A stretch of DNA of 64,000 nt from IMG/VR virus record IMGVR_UViG_3300009509_000001, positions 1 to 64,000 of that record. One strand, 5' to 3'. Under the pieces are notes generated by a model. The model saw nothing but the letters and a program-made list of their open reading frames with translations. It was not told the DNA's origin and made no database searches. Positions 37,049-46,243 of the stretch are shown one piece after another; the stretch's first letter is position 1, and each line of letters starts with the position of its first letter. This stretch comes from a virus. The translations under genes and the position numbers were made by a program.

Positions 37049-39871
37049 TTAAATCATTGGCGGACGGCGCTTGTATGGATGCGTGTCCGGAAGTTGATGC
37101 GGGAAGCCCCATTTCCAGGCGAGGTAGCCTTCGATCTTGTAGATCGTATCCGAGTCTAGCGGAACAGGTACTATCAGCACCTCGTTAACGTCTCCGAAGC
37201 CTTCGGAATCCGTACCTGCGTTACCGCCGAGTGCGGTTGCTTGATCGTCAGGTGATCCGCTGAATACGAACGATAGTGCGCCGCCGTTCTTTTGATAAGC
37301 ATTGCCACCTGGGACGAAGCCTATTAGTGCCCGCTCTGCTTCAGCCCAGGCAATGCCGGAAGCCCCCGTAAAGCCGGGCGCCATGTGTCCGACATCGTCT
37401 CCGCCCGTGTTCACGACAAACGGCTGATTGCCGGCGCTTGTGTACAGAAGCGTCCTGATCGCCGTATTCGCTCGGGGTGCCCCCACTACGAACATGTAAT
37501 AGGTAGCTCCCAGCGGAGTCGTGAAGTCCATGTTGTCGTCGAGTCCGAACGCTACGGTCTTCCCTGTAATCGTCGGTCGCTGTGCCGGTGTGGCCTGGAC
37601 CAGATGGTTGGCGTTGCCGCTCCTGTCATTCCAGGCGGATACGGCCCCGGCACCTTCATCCGTAATGGTACTGGTATACGCTGCGTCGTACCATGCTGCC
37701 GTGGCAATGTCGTTCGGCGTCCAGAGCTTGGTGCGCTGCGGCTTCTTCGCCTTGTACGGGTGGTCAGCCGGCAGATTGGCGGTCAGGCCCCACTTGTGGG
37801 CCAGGTAGCCTTCGATCTGCTGGCGAGTGGTCTGCGAGGCACCCTCAAGTACGATGATTTCGCCCATCGCGCCGTTCATGCCGACAGTGCTGTCCACGTT
37901 GAGGAGTGCGGAATCGGTTACGTCAGCCGGAACGGCGGTACCGTTGGTAGACCCCGTGGACGTCAATTCAACACCATCCAGGAAAGCCTTTGCCTCGGCA
38001 TACTGATCGCCGGCTGCGCGTGTGAACACCGCTATGTGCGCGGTGGCGTCGCCCGCTATGTCGAACTTTACCATACCGTCGATGTATCGCCAGGATAGTT
38101 GGTCCTGTTCATATGAAATGCCCAGGCTGCCGTTGCCCGCGCCGATCTGCAGGAACCTGCCAAAACCGGTGGCTGGGTCGTCGTCACTTGCGAGTACCGC
38201 TACGACACACAAATCAGGGTCGGCGCCGAGGCCGAGCCTGGACGCGATGTCCATTGACTCGGCAGCCGTATCGTCGAAATCAAGAGCGTTACGTCCGTTG
38301 ATCGTACGTATGCGCGTTGTAGGCCGCTGGCTGGCGACACTCTGTATGGCGTGCCTGGCGTTACCGCTCTTGTCATTCCACTGCTGCACGTCGGTCGACG
38401 CCTGGGAGATTATGAGAACCTCGGAGATGGCCAGGATGTACATCTGTTCGGTGACCGCTGCGCTGTCGGCGCGGCGCCACTGGAAGTCGTCCTCGGCTTC
38501 GCAGATGCCCAAAGACACGGATGCCCCGCCCACTTCCTTGCCGGCGAGAGCGGAGCCGTTCTGGGCGCAGCCCGTCCATACAGGCGTATAGTTGAAGAAC
38601 GGGGCCGTGCCGGGAAGATCCGGAGCCGACGAAACCGCGGCACCGTTCTCGAAGCGATTGATCTTGTTGGGAAGCGCGGGCGGGCTGGTGAACAGCCCTG
38701 CCAGGTTTTCCTTTACCGTTTGAGACGCCATATTGAACAGGGCGCTGTCCGTGGAGACGCCGGGGACCATATCCGTATTAACCTGGGCGGCCACCGTCGG
38801 AGTCGATACGAACGCCTTCCAGGTTATGGCTCCGAGGCCGGCAGCCGCTGCCGCCGCCTGGACGTGATTGTTGTAATCGGCGATGTTACTGGACGTCGCA
38901 TCACGCACGGTGCTGCTGACGAAGGCCATGCGATATTTGTCGCCGATCTTCCAGAGAGCGCCCGTGTTCGGATTGATCCCGCCGTTGGCCGTGAGATCCA
39001 GCAGCCCGGCGTTCACCGGAGTCCGTTCGACGGTATCGGCGTCGGCACCGTCGTACCAGGCGACCATAGCGATGTCGCTCGGGTCCCAGTCTTCCGCGGC
39101 CAGCGACGAGTCGGTGGGTGGGCGGTACTTGAACGGGTGGTCTTCCGGCAAACTGGCTGTCAGTCCCCACTTATGGGCCAGGTGACCTTCCATCTTCTGC
39201 CTATCTTCCGGACTCAAGTGCGGTGTGATGATGAACTCGGCGACTGCACCGTCGAACCTTCCTGCGGAGAAGTCGTTGGTACACAGATTAATGAAATAAA
39301 TACTGGTCGGGGCGTCCGGAATGTCTTTATCACTGATAGTAGGATCTACCGTACCGTCCCTGAATATGGAGATGGCACTCCCGTCGAACGCCCACGCTGC
39401 TATGTGCGGATTCGCATCCCAGGTGAATGTCCCTCCGGCCGACGACGGCACTGCTGCGTCATTGCCATAAAAATACCCGCCGAGACCGCCCAAAGTGGCG
39501 CCCGCTCGCAAACCCTTTCCGGCGGATCTGAACGTGAACAGGTTCTCGTTGTTGCTGAGGTCCGATATGGCCACGGCGTATACGTCGTAATCGGTGTTCC
39601 GAAGCCCTGCTGGGGATACTTTCCTCAGACGTTCTTCAAAGGTATCGTTGAAGTCAATGATGTTCTTGCCATTCAACGTACGCGTGCCGGTAGACGGCTT
39701 GAGGGCCAGCGTGGTCTCAGTCAGGTGGTTTCCTTTACCGCTCTTGTCGCTCCACTGCTCCACCCTACCAGGATTGGTGGTGTGGATAACGGTCGACAAG
39801 TCAGAGGCGTCGTACCACGCTTCGGTAGCGAGCAGCTTCGGTGTCCAGGGTCTCATTCCTATTGCTGGCAT
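37049..39871 (-). CDS. Adhesin with three LamG/ConA-like repeats and an inserted lectin-like domain (940 aa)
   Basis: W-x-P...AWYDA...QWxDKSGN...EGYLAHKWG...DHPYK occurs three times; ~200-aa insertion at 38408-39016. Confidence 0.7.
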   Translation of the reverse strand: MPAIGMRPWTPKLLATEAWYDASDLSTVIHTTNPGRVEQWSDKSGKGNHLTETTLALKPSTGTRTLNGKNIIDFNDTFEERLRKVSPAGLRNTDYDVYAVAISDLSNNENLFTFRSAGKGLRAGATLGGLGGYFYGNDAAVPSSAGGTFTWDANPHIAAWAFDGSAISIFRDGTVDPTISDKDIPDAPTSIYFINLCTNDFSAGRFDGAVAEFIITPHLSPEDRQKMEGHLAHKWGLTASLPEDHPFKYRPPTDSSLAAEDWDPSDIAMVAWYDGADADTVERTPVNAGLLDLTANGGINPNTGALWKIGDKYRMAFVSSTVRDATSSNIADYNNHVQAAAAAAGLGAITWKAFVSTPTVAAQVNTDMVPGVSTDSALFNMASQTVKENLAGLFTSPPALPNKINRFENGAAVSSAPDLPGTAPFFNYTPVWTGCAQNGSALAGKEVGGASVSLGICEAEDDFQWRRADSAAVTEQMYILAISEVLIISQASTDVQQWNDKSGNARHAIQSVASQRPTTRIRTINGRNALDFDDTAAESMDIASRLGLGADPDLCVVAVLASDDDPATGFGRFLQIGAGNGSLGISYEQDQLSWRYIDGMVKFDIAGDATAHIAVFTRAAGDQYAEAKAFLDGVELTSTGSTNGTAVPADVTDSALLNVDSTVGMNGAMGEIIVLEGASQTTRQQIEGYLAHKWGLTANLPADHPYKAKKPQRTKLWTPNDIATAAWYDAAYTSTITDEGAGAVSAWNDRSGNANHLVQATPAQRPTITGKTVAFGLDDNMDFTTPLGATYYMFVVGAPRANTAIRTLLYTSAGNQPFVVNTGGDDVGHMAPGFTGASGIAWAEAERALIGFVPGGNAYQKNGGALSFVFSGSPDDQATALGGNAGTDSEGFGDVNEVLIVPVPLDSDTIYKIEGYLAWKWGFPHQLPDTHPYKRRPPMI

Positions 39872-39881
39872 ATGTCAATCC

Positions 39882-41999
39882 TTAAATGTGCGGAGGGTCG
39901 ATCTTGTACGGGTGGTTGGACGGCAGCTTGGCCTGCAACCCCCATTTATGGGCGAGGTAACCTTCGGCTTTCTGTCTCGTTACAGTGTCAGATACCGGGA
40001 CCATAATGAATTCACCTATAGCTGTCAGGGTGTTTGCATCGGCAAAAGCCCCCAGTTCGATTGTGTCTACGGTGAACGGAGGAGTAACCGTGCCGGTTGT
40101 CCCTGCGGCATTTCCGTTAAGATAGCCTTTAACGTTGGTCTCGTCATAGGAGCACGACACTATCATCGGCGTTGCTTCCAGTGTCGCCGAACCGAAAACC
40201 TGTTGGTTAGTTCCGGCGTCGTTTTCCATCCTGAAATTAATAGCCTTGAGTCCGTTAACCTTGGTGTATGCAAACGCCTGGCCACCGGAATTTGATAACT
40301 GCCAGAAGGCTTCATACGCCAGAAGAGGATTATACCAAGCTCCTACAAAAACTACCTCAAACCCGCCGCTGCTCGAAAACGGTAGAGACCCAACGAGCTT
40401 TCTCGGGAACTCCGAGTAAACAGTATTAAGTCCGTTTATGAACTTACTTCCTATCTGCGGCTGCGACGTAGGAACGGCTTGCGACACATGCCGGGCATTG
40501 CCACTCTTATCGCTCCACTGGCTTACAGATCCGCCAGCTTCGGTAACGGTGCTGGTAGCCGAGGCGTCATACCAGGCTGCCGTGTCGATGTCAGCAGGTG
40601 TCCACAGAACCGTAGGAGCTGCGTCCTTGTACGGGTGATCGTCAGGGAGGTTCGCAGTAAGCCCCCACTTGTGGGCCAGGTAGCCTTCGATCCGCTGGCG
40701 GTCTGCAAGAGTCGGCTCTGTCAGCATGATGATGACTTCACCAAGCTTCCCGTCCAAATTGTCGGCGCCGTTACGCCCTAATCGGCTGATTTCAAAGTCC
40801 ACTGCGCTCCAGGTTCCGGCACTGACGGGAGTTCCGCCGTTCTTGGCAACATACGCTTCGTTGTCAGATCCGACCCAGTACTCCAGAATACCTGGTGTTC
40901 CTGCCGATATACCGCTGCCGGCTGCTCCGGTGAAGTCTATACCTCCAACCTCATCGGCACCTAACCTCATATAAAACTTGTCTTGGAACAGCCCAAGTTG
41001 TGTGTATCGACTTGTAGTGGAGTCGTACACCACTGAGTTAGTCGCATCCGAATCCGTCTCCATAACAATAAAGCAGTACAACGGAGGATTATCGGTAATT
41101 ATAGATGATAATGGCATCTGTGTCTGGGGGCTAAGAGCTTGCCAGTCAAGGGTGTTTAATCCATTTATAGTCCTGGTACCTGTAATGGGCTGGACGGTAG
41201 GCGTTGGTTGGATCAGGTGGTTGGCATTACCGCTCTTGTCGCTCCACTGCTCCACCTGTCCGGGCGTCGTGGTGTCGTCGATCGTTGTTTCGTCGGCTGC
41301 ATCGTACCAGGCGGCCGTAGCAATCTTGTCAGGTGCCCAGTTGACGCGCCTGGCGCCGTTGATCTGCTCGACCTTGACGCTGGTGATGATGGCGGAAGCC
41401 GTCGCGCCGATTATGGCAATGGCCAGATCGTAGCCTTTGCGTCCGATGTCGTTGACCGGGTCGGTAGTGTATTCACCTACAAAGGTATGAACGAGGTCAT
41501 CGCTCGCCACCGATCCGGTAAGGCTTACGAATGCCCTTGCTTTCTGTATGGCACCGACACCTACAAAGTCTGACCGACTACCTAGACCTGTTGCTGGAAA
41601 CCCAGGCTCAAAGGCACACAGCCTGACATCGTAGGCACCACTGGCAGCGCCGTAAAGCTTTCCGCTAAGAAACTTGTCGTAGGCCACTGTGATCGTGAAC
41701 CGGTACGTAACCGTATTGATATTGATCGGCCCTATAACACTCTCAGCTGTGATGGCACCGGTGTTGGTGTAGTTGGGGTCAACGCCCTGTTCATCTGCTG
41801 GTCCTGGACTGACCCAGTCCCCGCTAGAGGCATTATTCAAGCCGATACGATCAGCACCGAAGCCATTACTGGACCTAAGCCAGCCGACCGTCGGAACTCC
41901 CTGTAGATACCCGGGAACGACAGGGCTCTCGAAGCCCTCCTCAAACAGAAGAGCTCCCGGCGCAAGCTGCTTTGCGGTGGCTAATACTAGATTGCTCAT
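39882..41999 (-). CDS. Adhesin with N-terminal beta-sandwich and two LamG/ConA-like repeats (705 aa)
   Basis: Same repeat signature twice; locally lower GC. Confidence 0.7.
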   Translation of the reverse strand: MSNLVLATAKQLAPGALLFEEGFESPVVPGYLQGVPTVGWLRSSNGFGADRIGLNNASSGDWVSPGPADEQGVDPNYTNTGAITAESVIGPININTVTYRFTITVAYDKFLSGKLYGAASGAYDVRLCAFEPGFPATGLGSRSDFVGVGAIQKARAFVSLTGSVASDDLVHTFVGEYTTDPVNDIGRKGYDLAIAIIGATASAIITSVKVEQINGARRVNWAPDKIATAAWYDAADETTIDDTTTPGQVEQWSDKSGNANHLIQPTPTVQPITGTRTINGLNTLDWQALSPQTQMPLSSIITDNPPLYCFIVMETDSDATNSVVYDSTTSRYTQLGLFQDKFYMRLGADEVGGIDFTGAAGSGISAGTPGILEYWVGSDNEAYVAKNGGTPVSAGTWSAVDFEISRLGRNGADNLDGKLGEVIIMLTEPTLADRQRIEGYLAHKWGLTANLPDDHPYKDAAPTVLWTPADIDTAAWYDASATSTVTEAGGSVSQWSDKSGNARHVSQAVPTSQPQIGSKFINGLNTVYSEFPRKLVGSLPFSSSGGFEVVFVGAWYNPLLAYEAFWQLSNSGGQAFAYTKVNGLKAINFRMENDAGTNQQVFGSATLEATPMIVSCSYDETNVKGYLNGNAAGTTGTVTPPFTVDTIELGAFADANTLTAIGEFIMVPVSDTVTRQKAEGYLAHKWGLQAKLPSNHPYKIDPPHI

Positions 42000-44953
42000 A
42001 CGCTAAGGTCTACGCTGTAGGTCTTAACCCCGTCGTAGTAACTCCAGGTTTTGGTGTTCGCGTCCTTGGCCTGCATCCAGACGAAGCCTGCCGGAGGATT
42101 GACTGGTGCCACGGCGTATTCCACGACCGTGAAGCCGCTGCCGCCTGCGGGGGCCGTCGTGGCCTTGATGCCACTTTCCTGCACGTCTCCGTTCAGGTCG
42201 GTGGTCAGGATCTCGTCGCCGCTGTTCAATTTACTGAGGCGCAAGGTTCCCTTGACGTCCACTCGGCTGTCAGCGGCAACGCCGCTTAGCTTGTCGAACT
42301 GCACGATTTTGTCGTCGTCGATCGAGATGTCGGTGGAGAACGCAGGGCCTGCTCCATGGCTGTACCAGTCGAGCGCCACGCTGCTGAGTCTTGCGTAGAC
42401 TTCGCCGGAAGTGCCGAGGCCGCCCCAGTCCTTCGACCAGACTTCAAGAACATCGCCGCGAACGCCGAGGCCAGCCTCTACCGCGCCGTCGACGTTGATC
42501 TCGCCCTGGGCGCCGATGGAACCCGGGGTGTAGATCGCGCCGCCGGTGATGGAGCCGGCGCCAGATAAGATCGGTGTGCCCGTGTTCGCCGTGAACGCCA
42601 TGTTGGTCACGAAGGATACTGAATTACCGTCAATTAGCGGAGTACCGTTGATCGTGACGTCGAACTGATCGTTGGCGCCCGTGACGACTACCGGAGAAGC
42701 CCCGCCCGAAGCCACGTTCATCGTGAGCGTGGCCATATCGAGAGTCAGCGAATCGAGCCCGGCATCGTATACGAAGGCGGACCCTGAGACGTTCTTTCTG
42801 ATGGCGAAGTTCAGGTCGGCGAAGCCGTCGTTGAACGCAACTGCTCCATTGTTTATCGTAAGGGATTCCTTCGCAGCCGCCCCCTGGACGTCTATCACCG
42901 GTTGTGCGCCGTTCCTCGTCTGGAACGCGCCGACCACGGTAAGCGTCTCGGCATCCCAGGTGAAATTGGCGTCGCCTTCGATGATGCCGTCAGCCGTCCA
43001 TACTGCGACCTGGTTATCGACCGGAGCCCCGGTCTTCGTAACGTAGCCGGTGGTTGTCAAATAGTCGATGACTGCGCCGCTGGTGGGCAGTGCCGCGTCT
43101 GTGTCCGTAATGGTGGTCTGAAGAGAGTCTATGTTGACTGCTCCCATGATGAAGCCGTTAAACAACGTGAGCTCCGGCCCGATCAGCATTCCGGTGGTGC
43201 CTACAGTTGGACCACGGGTGATGTCGAATACGGTGGTATAGCCATTTTCAGCATCGTTTACAGTATACAGCCCGAACACGGCTGCATTCGCTCTAAACGC
43301 CCACTTTCCTCTGTCGACTGCGGCATCGGTTTCCACAAGCATCGACACGGGTGACGTCCCGTACGTTCTCGACTTCCCGTACTCGACCGTGAACGCATCA
43401 GCCGGGATGCCACCGCCGGTCGGAGCCGCCTCGAACACCCACCGCATGCCATGGTTGGACGTAGTGTGCGTTTCAGTCGCTTCCGAGTACAGGCTGGCCG
43501 CTTCAGAAAATGCCCAGACGGCCGCACCGGAACCGCGCGTGTAGGTCCGCAGCCGCTGCGTGACGTCGCCTGACTGTGTGAGTCCCACGGAACCGAAATA
43601 GACGTCAAGGTTCAACGGCTGCTGGTCGGTCAGGGCTATGATATTAGCAGGCTGATCCCCACCGTAGGTGTTCAGGCCGATAGACGGGTCCGCCGTCACG
43701 GGCGATACGAGCGTGGACCAGATGCGGCTCGTCGCCGCCGGTTCCTGGATGTCCAGGCCGTTGAGGGCCGTGCGCGTGTTGTTGACACGGAAGCCAAACG
43801 CCGTGTTCGCATTGTCGACGACCATGTAAAGGTCATTCACCCGGACACAGTTCTGGATGTACAGGTCACTCGTGGCGTCGATGTACATGGTGCCATAGCC
43901 CTGGATCATCGGCTGATCCTTGGTTCCAGTACCTGCTATGGCCAACCGGGAACCTGCCTCGAGAACAGTATTGGTGTTGTTGTAGGAAATGTCGATCAAT
44001 GCACCGGCGGCGTTGCTGGAGTTGAAGCGGGCGACCTCGGCGGAGGTGTTATTGACCAAAAGATTGTAATTGCCGATCGCCACATCACTGCCAATCAGCG
44101 TCTTGCTGTTGATCCTGAAGCGCGGATCAATCCCGGGACCAGAAGTTATCAGCAGCAGTTCGTTCTGATCCGGCGCAAGCTGAAACTCCGCGGATACGGG
44201 GGAGCCGCCGCTGGTCGAGGCGTTAATACCAAGCTTGTGCGTAGTCCCATTGGCAGGTATATACCCGGCATATACATCGCCCTTGAAAGTGGACGCCGAC
44301 TCGGCGATGACAGCCGCAAGGTTGGCGCCGTTCGTATACAGTGCGATCTGAGCTGAAGATTTTATGCCGAGACCGGTAGGAAACGAAAGAGCGAATTCAG
44401 GGTTGGTTATAAGCTGAAGCTCGGCCGTGCCGCCTTGGAAGGTGTCGGTCAGCGTCAGCAAAGTCTGCGTAGTTTCGTACGGGAGCGCATCTGAGAGATT
44501 CAGCGTCTTGAACGCGACGGCGCTGTTGGTGCGCAAGTCCTGGTTGATCGTGTCGATGTTGACGAGATTCGGGTGCTGATGCGCTTTGGACCCAAGGGCG
44601 GCGAGCGTATCGTCAACATAGTTTCCAGCGGGCGTAATGCCTATTGTAGTCCCGTAGGGGAGCGCTCCCGTTACGTAGACATTGGGGTCGCCTATCAGGT
44701 CGGCGCTGTAATCGTCGGCCTGCGCCACGATGTTGGGGCCGGGCCGTCCAAATACCGACGTTATGGAGCCGGCGGTACCGGAGTTCTCCCATCCCGGGGT
44801 CGGAATTTCGGACCATGCGTATACAGCTGCCGGGTCACCGTCGATGATGGCCCAGTCACCGGGTTCGCCGGTTGGGTATGCGGTCTGCAATTCGACCAGA
44901 GACGTGTAATATCCAAGAAAATTGGTGCCGCCAACTACATTGATAATAGGCAT
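41996..44953 (-). CDS. Long fibre protein (985 aa)
   Basis: TSVFGRPGPNIVAQADDY, DTDAALPTSGAVIDY and GAPVDNQVAVWTADGIIEGD motifs recur in phage fibres. Confidence 0.65.
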   Translation of the reverse strand: MPIINVVGGTNFLGYYTSLVELQTAYPTGEPGDWAIIDGDPAAVYAWSEIPTPGWENSGTAGSITSVFGRPGPNIVAQADDYSADLIGDPNVYVTGALPYGTTIGITPAGNYVDDTLAALGSKAHQHPNLVNIDTINQDLRTNSAVAFKTLNLSDALPYETTQTLLTLTDTFQGGTAELQLITNPEFALSFPTGLGIKSSAQIALYTNGANLAAVIAESASTFKGDVYAGYIPANGTTHKLGINASTSGGSPVSAEFQLAPDQNELLLITSGPGIDPRFRINSKTLIGSDVAIGNYNLLVNNTSAEVARFNSSNAAGALIDISYNNTNTVLEAGSRLAIAGTGTKDQPMIQGYGTMYIDATSDLYIQNCVRVNDLYMVVDNANTAFGFRVNNTRTALNGLDIQEPAATSRIWSTLVSPVTADPSIGLNTYGGDQPANIIALTDQQPLNLDVYFGSVGLTQSGDVTQRLRTYTRGSGAAVWAFSEAASLYSEATETHTTSNHGMRWVFEAAPTGGGIPADAFTVEYGKSRTYGTSPVSMLVETDAAVDRGKWAFRANAAVFGLYTVNDAENGYTTVFDITRGPTVGTTGMLIGPELTLFNGFIMGAVNIDSLQTTITDTDAALPTSGAVIDYLTTTGYVTKTGAPVDNQVAVWTADGIIEGDANFTWDAETLTVVGAFQTRNGAQPVIDVQGAAAKESLTINNGAVAFNDGFADLNFAIRKNVSGSAFVYDAGLDSLTLDMATLTMNVASGGASPVVVTGANDQFDVTINGTPLIDGNSVSFVTNMAFTANTGTPILSGAGSITGGAIYTPGSIGAQGEINVDGAVEAGLGVRGDVLEVWSKDWGGLGTSGEVYARLSSVALDWYSHGAGPAFSTDISIDDDKIVQFDKLSGVAADSRVDVKGTLRLSKLNSGDEILTTDLNGDVQESGIKATTAPAGGSGFTVVEYAVAPVNPPAGFVWMQAKDANTKTWSYYDGVKTYSVDLSV

Positions 44954-45004
44954 ATGTCAGCCCTCCGGAGCCTAGTTATGTTTCACAAAGGTTCAGAAAA
45001 TTGT

Positions 45005-45331
45005 CTAAGCTGAGCAGGACATTACGCAGATTCGATGCTGCACGCCAGTGTCGGCATGGATGGCCCAGATCTCGGCCTTGGTATAGTTCACCTCGTTGAT
45101 CTCATACGATCCGCCGTCGGGCGACAGATAGATGCCTTTGCCCACTTCGGCCTGGTTGGTCGGACTGTCGGGATCAGGGCTGTTGGTTACCGCCAGATAC
45201 ATGCCCACATTCGATGGGTTCGTAATGGTGATACATCTGCGCGGATACTCAGTCCTCGGATGAATGAGAGTCCCGGTGGACTCCACGTCGAACCCGGTGG
45301 GTATTCCACCATTGTTTACGTTTTCCGGCAT
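45005..45331 (-). CDS. Small beta-sandwich virion protein (108 aa)
   Basis: PRRCITITNPSNVGMYL...GIYLSPDGGSY pattern; SD AGGAG. Confidence 0.55.
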   Translation of the reverse strand: MPENVNNGGIPTGFDVESTGTLIHPRTEYPRRCITITNPSNVGMYLAVTNSPDPDSPTNQAEVGKGIYLSPDGGSYEINEVNYTKAEIWAIHADTGVQHRICVMSCSA

Positions 45332-45350
45332 ATGATGCTCCTGCTATTTG

Positions 45351-45381
45351 AAAAAGCGGCCCGACCCCGATGAGCCGGGCC
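45351..45381 (-). terminator. Intrinsic terminator
   Basis: Minus strand GGCCCGGCTC-ATCG-GGGTCGGGCC-GC-TTTTT just after the stop at 45388. Confidence 0.75.
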
Positions 45382-45387
45382 TGTTGA

Positions 45388-46128
45388 TTATTTTGTCTCA
45401 GCCTTCTTTGCGGCTGCCTTCTTTTTGCGCGTTTCAGCCGCTTTCTTCGAGGCTGCGCTGCGCTTTGCCGCCGCCGCGGCTTCAGCATCTGCCTCGGCTT
45501 TGGCCTTGTCGGCTTCGATCTCCTGGGCGGTCTTCACCGCCTCTTGCGCCTGTTCCTTCTCGGCGGCCTTAGCGGCCTTTTCGACCGGGTCGCCGATGTT
45601 CTCGGTCAGGGCTTCGTCCATGCTGACGACTTCGGCGTCCTGACCCTGGCGGGTGTCACTGGTGCCCGGTTCCTGCCAGCCCATGGCGTCGCGCATGCTG
45701 ACGGTCTCCTGGCCAGTGGCCTTCTGGACGATGTCCTTGGAGTCCTCTACGGCGTCCTTGCCGTCACCAACCGCGTTGATGATCTTCTCGCGCGATTTCT
45801 TGGGCTCGGCTGCCTTCTCGGCCGCCTTGGCCGCTGCTTCAATCTGCTTCTGCTCGGTCTCGTAAACGATACCGTCGGTGATAGCGGTGACGTGGTCGAC
45901 CTCGACGCCGCCTGCGACGCGGTACTTGAGCTTTACCATCTTGGTCTGCAGCGCCTGCGTGAGCTCGGCTTTCTGCGTTTTCGTGCCGGCCGTGTAAACA
46001 CAGTACGGATAGACGACGGTCTGTCCGGCCTTGATGATCACACCGTTGGATCCGATCCATTTGTACTTCAAATCACGCGCAGTCGGGTTTGTTACGACTG
46101 AGGCGATAGTGGGTTCTGAGTTTCTCAT
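45388..46128 (-). CDS. Post-capsid protein with A/K/E-rich C-terminal tail (246 aa)
   Basis: Own transcription unit between two terminators. Confidence 0.6.
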   Translation of the reverse strand: MRNSEPTIASVVTNPTARDLKYKWIGSNGVIIKAGQTVVYPYCVYTAGTKTQKAELTQALQTKMVKLKYRVAGGVEVDHVTAITDGIVYETEQKQIEAAAKAAEKAAEPKKSREKIINAVGDGKDAVEDSKDIVQKATGQETVSMRDAMGWQEPGTSDTRQGQDAEVVSMDEALTENIGDPVEKAAKAAEKEQAQEAVKTAQEIEADKAKAEADAEAAAAAKRSAASKKAAETRKKKAAAKKAETK

Positions 46129-46160
46129 TTTCTCGTACCTTCTCTTGCTTTGGGATATTA

Positions 46161-46200
46161 AGAAAAAGACTCCCGGACCCGCGGTCCGGGTACGGGAGCC
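46161..46200 (-). terminator. Intrinsic terminator after major capsid gene
   Basis: Minus strand CCCGGACC-GCG-GGTCCGGG-AGTC-TTTTTCTT. Confidence 0.75.
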
Positions 46201-46243
46201 TTACCATTAACACAAAGGTCAATCGGTTGGTCTGCAGCCTAGA

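Noticed and set aside
37049-41999. Possible diversity-generating retroelement TR/VR pair among the LamG-like repeats
   Set aside because: No reverse transcriptase in the window, the similarity is short, and the differences are not adenine-specific.
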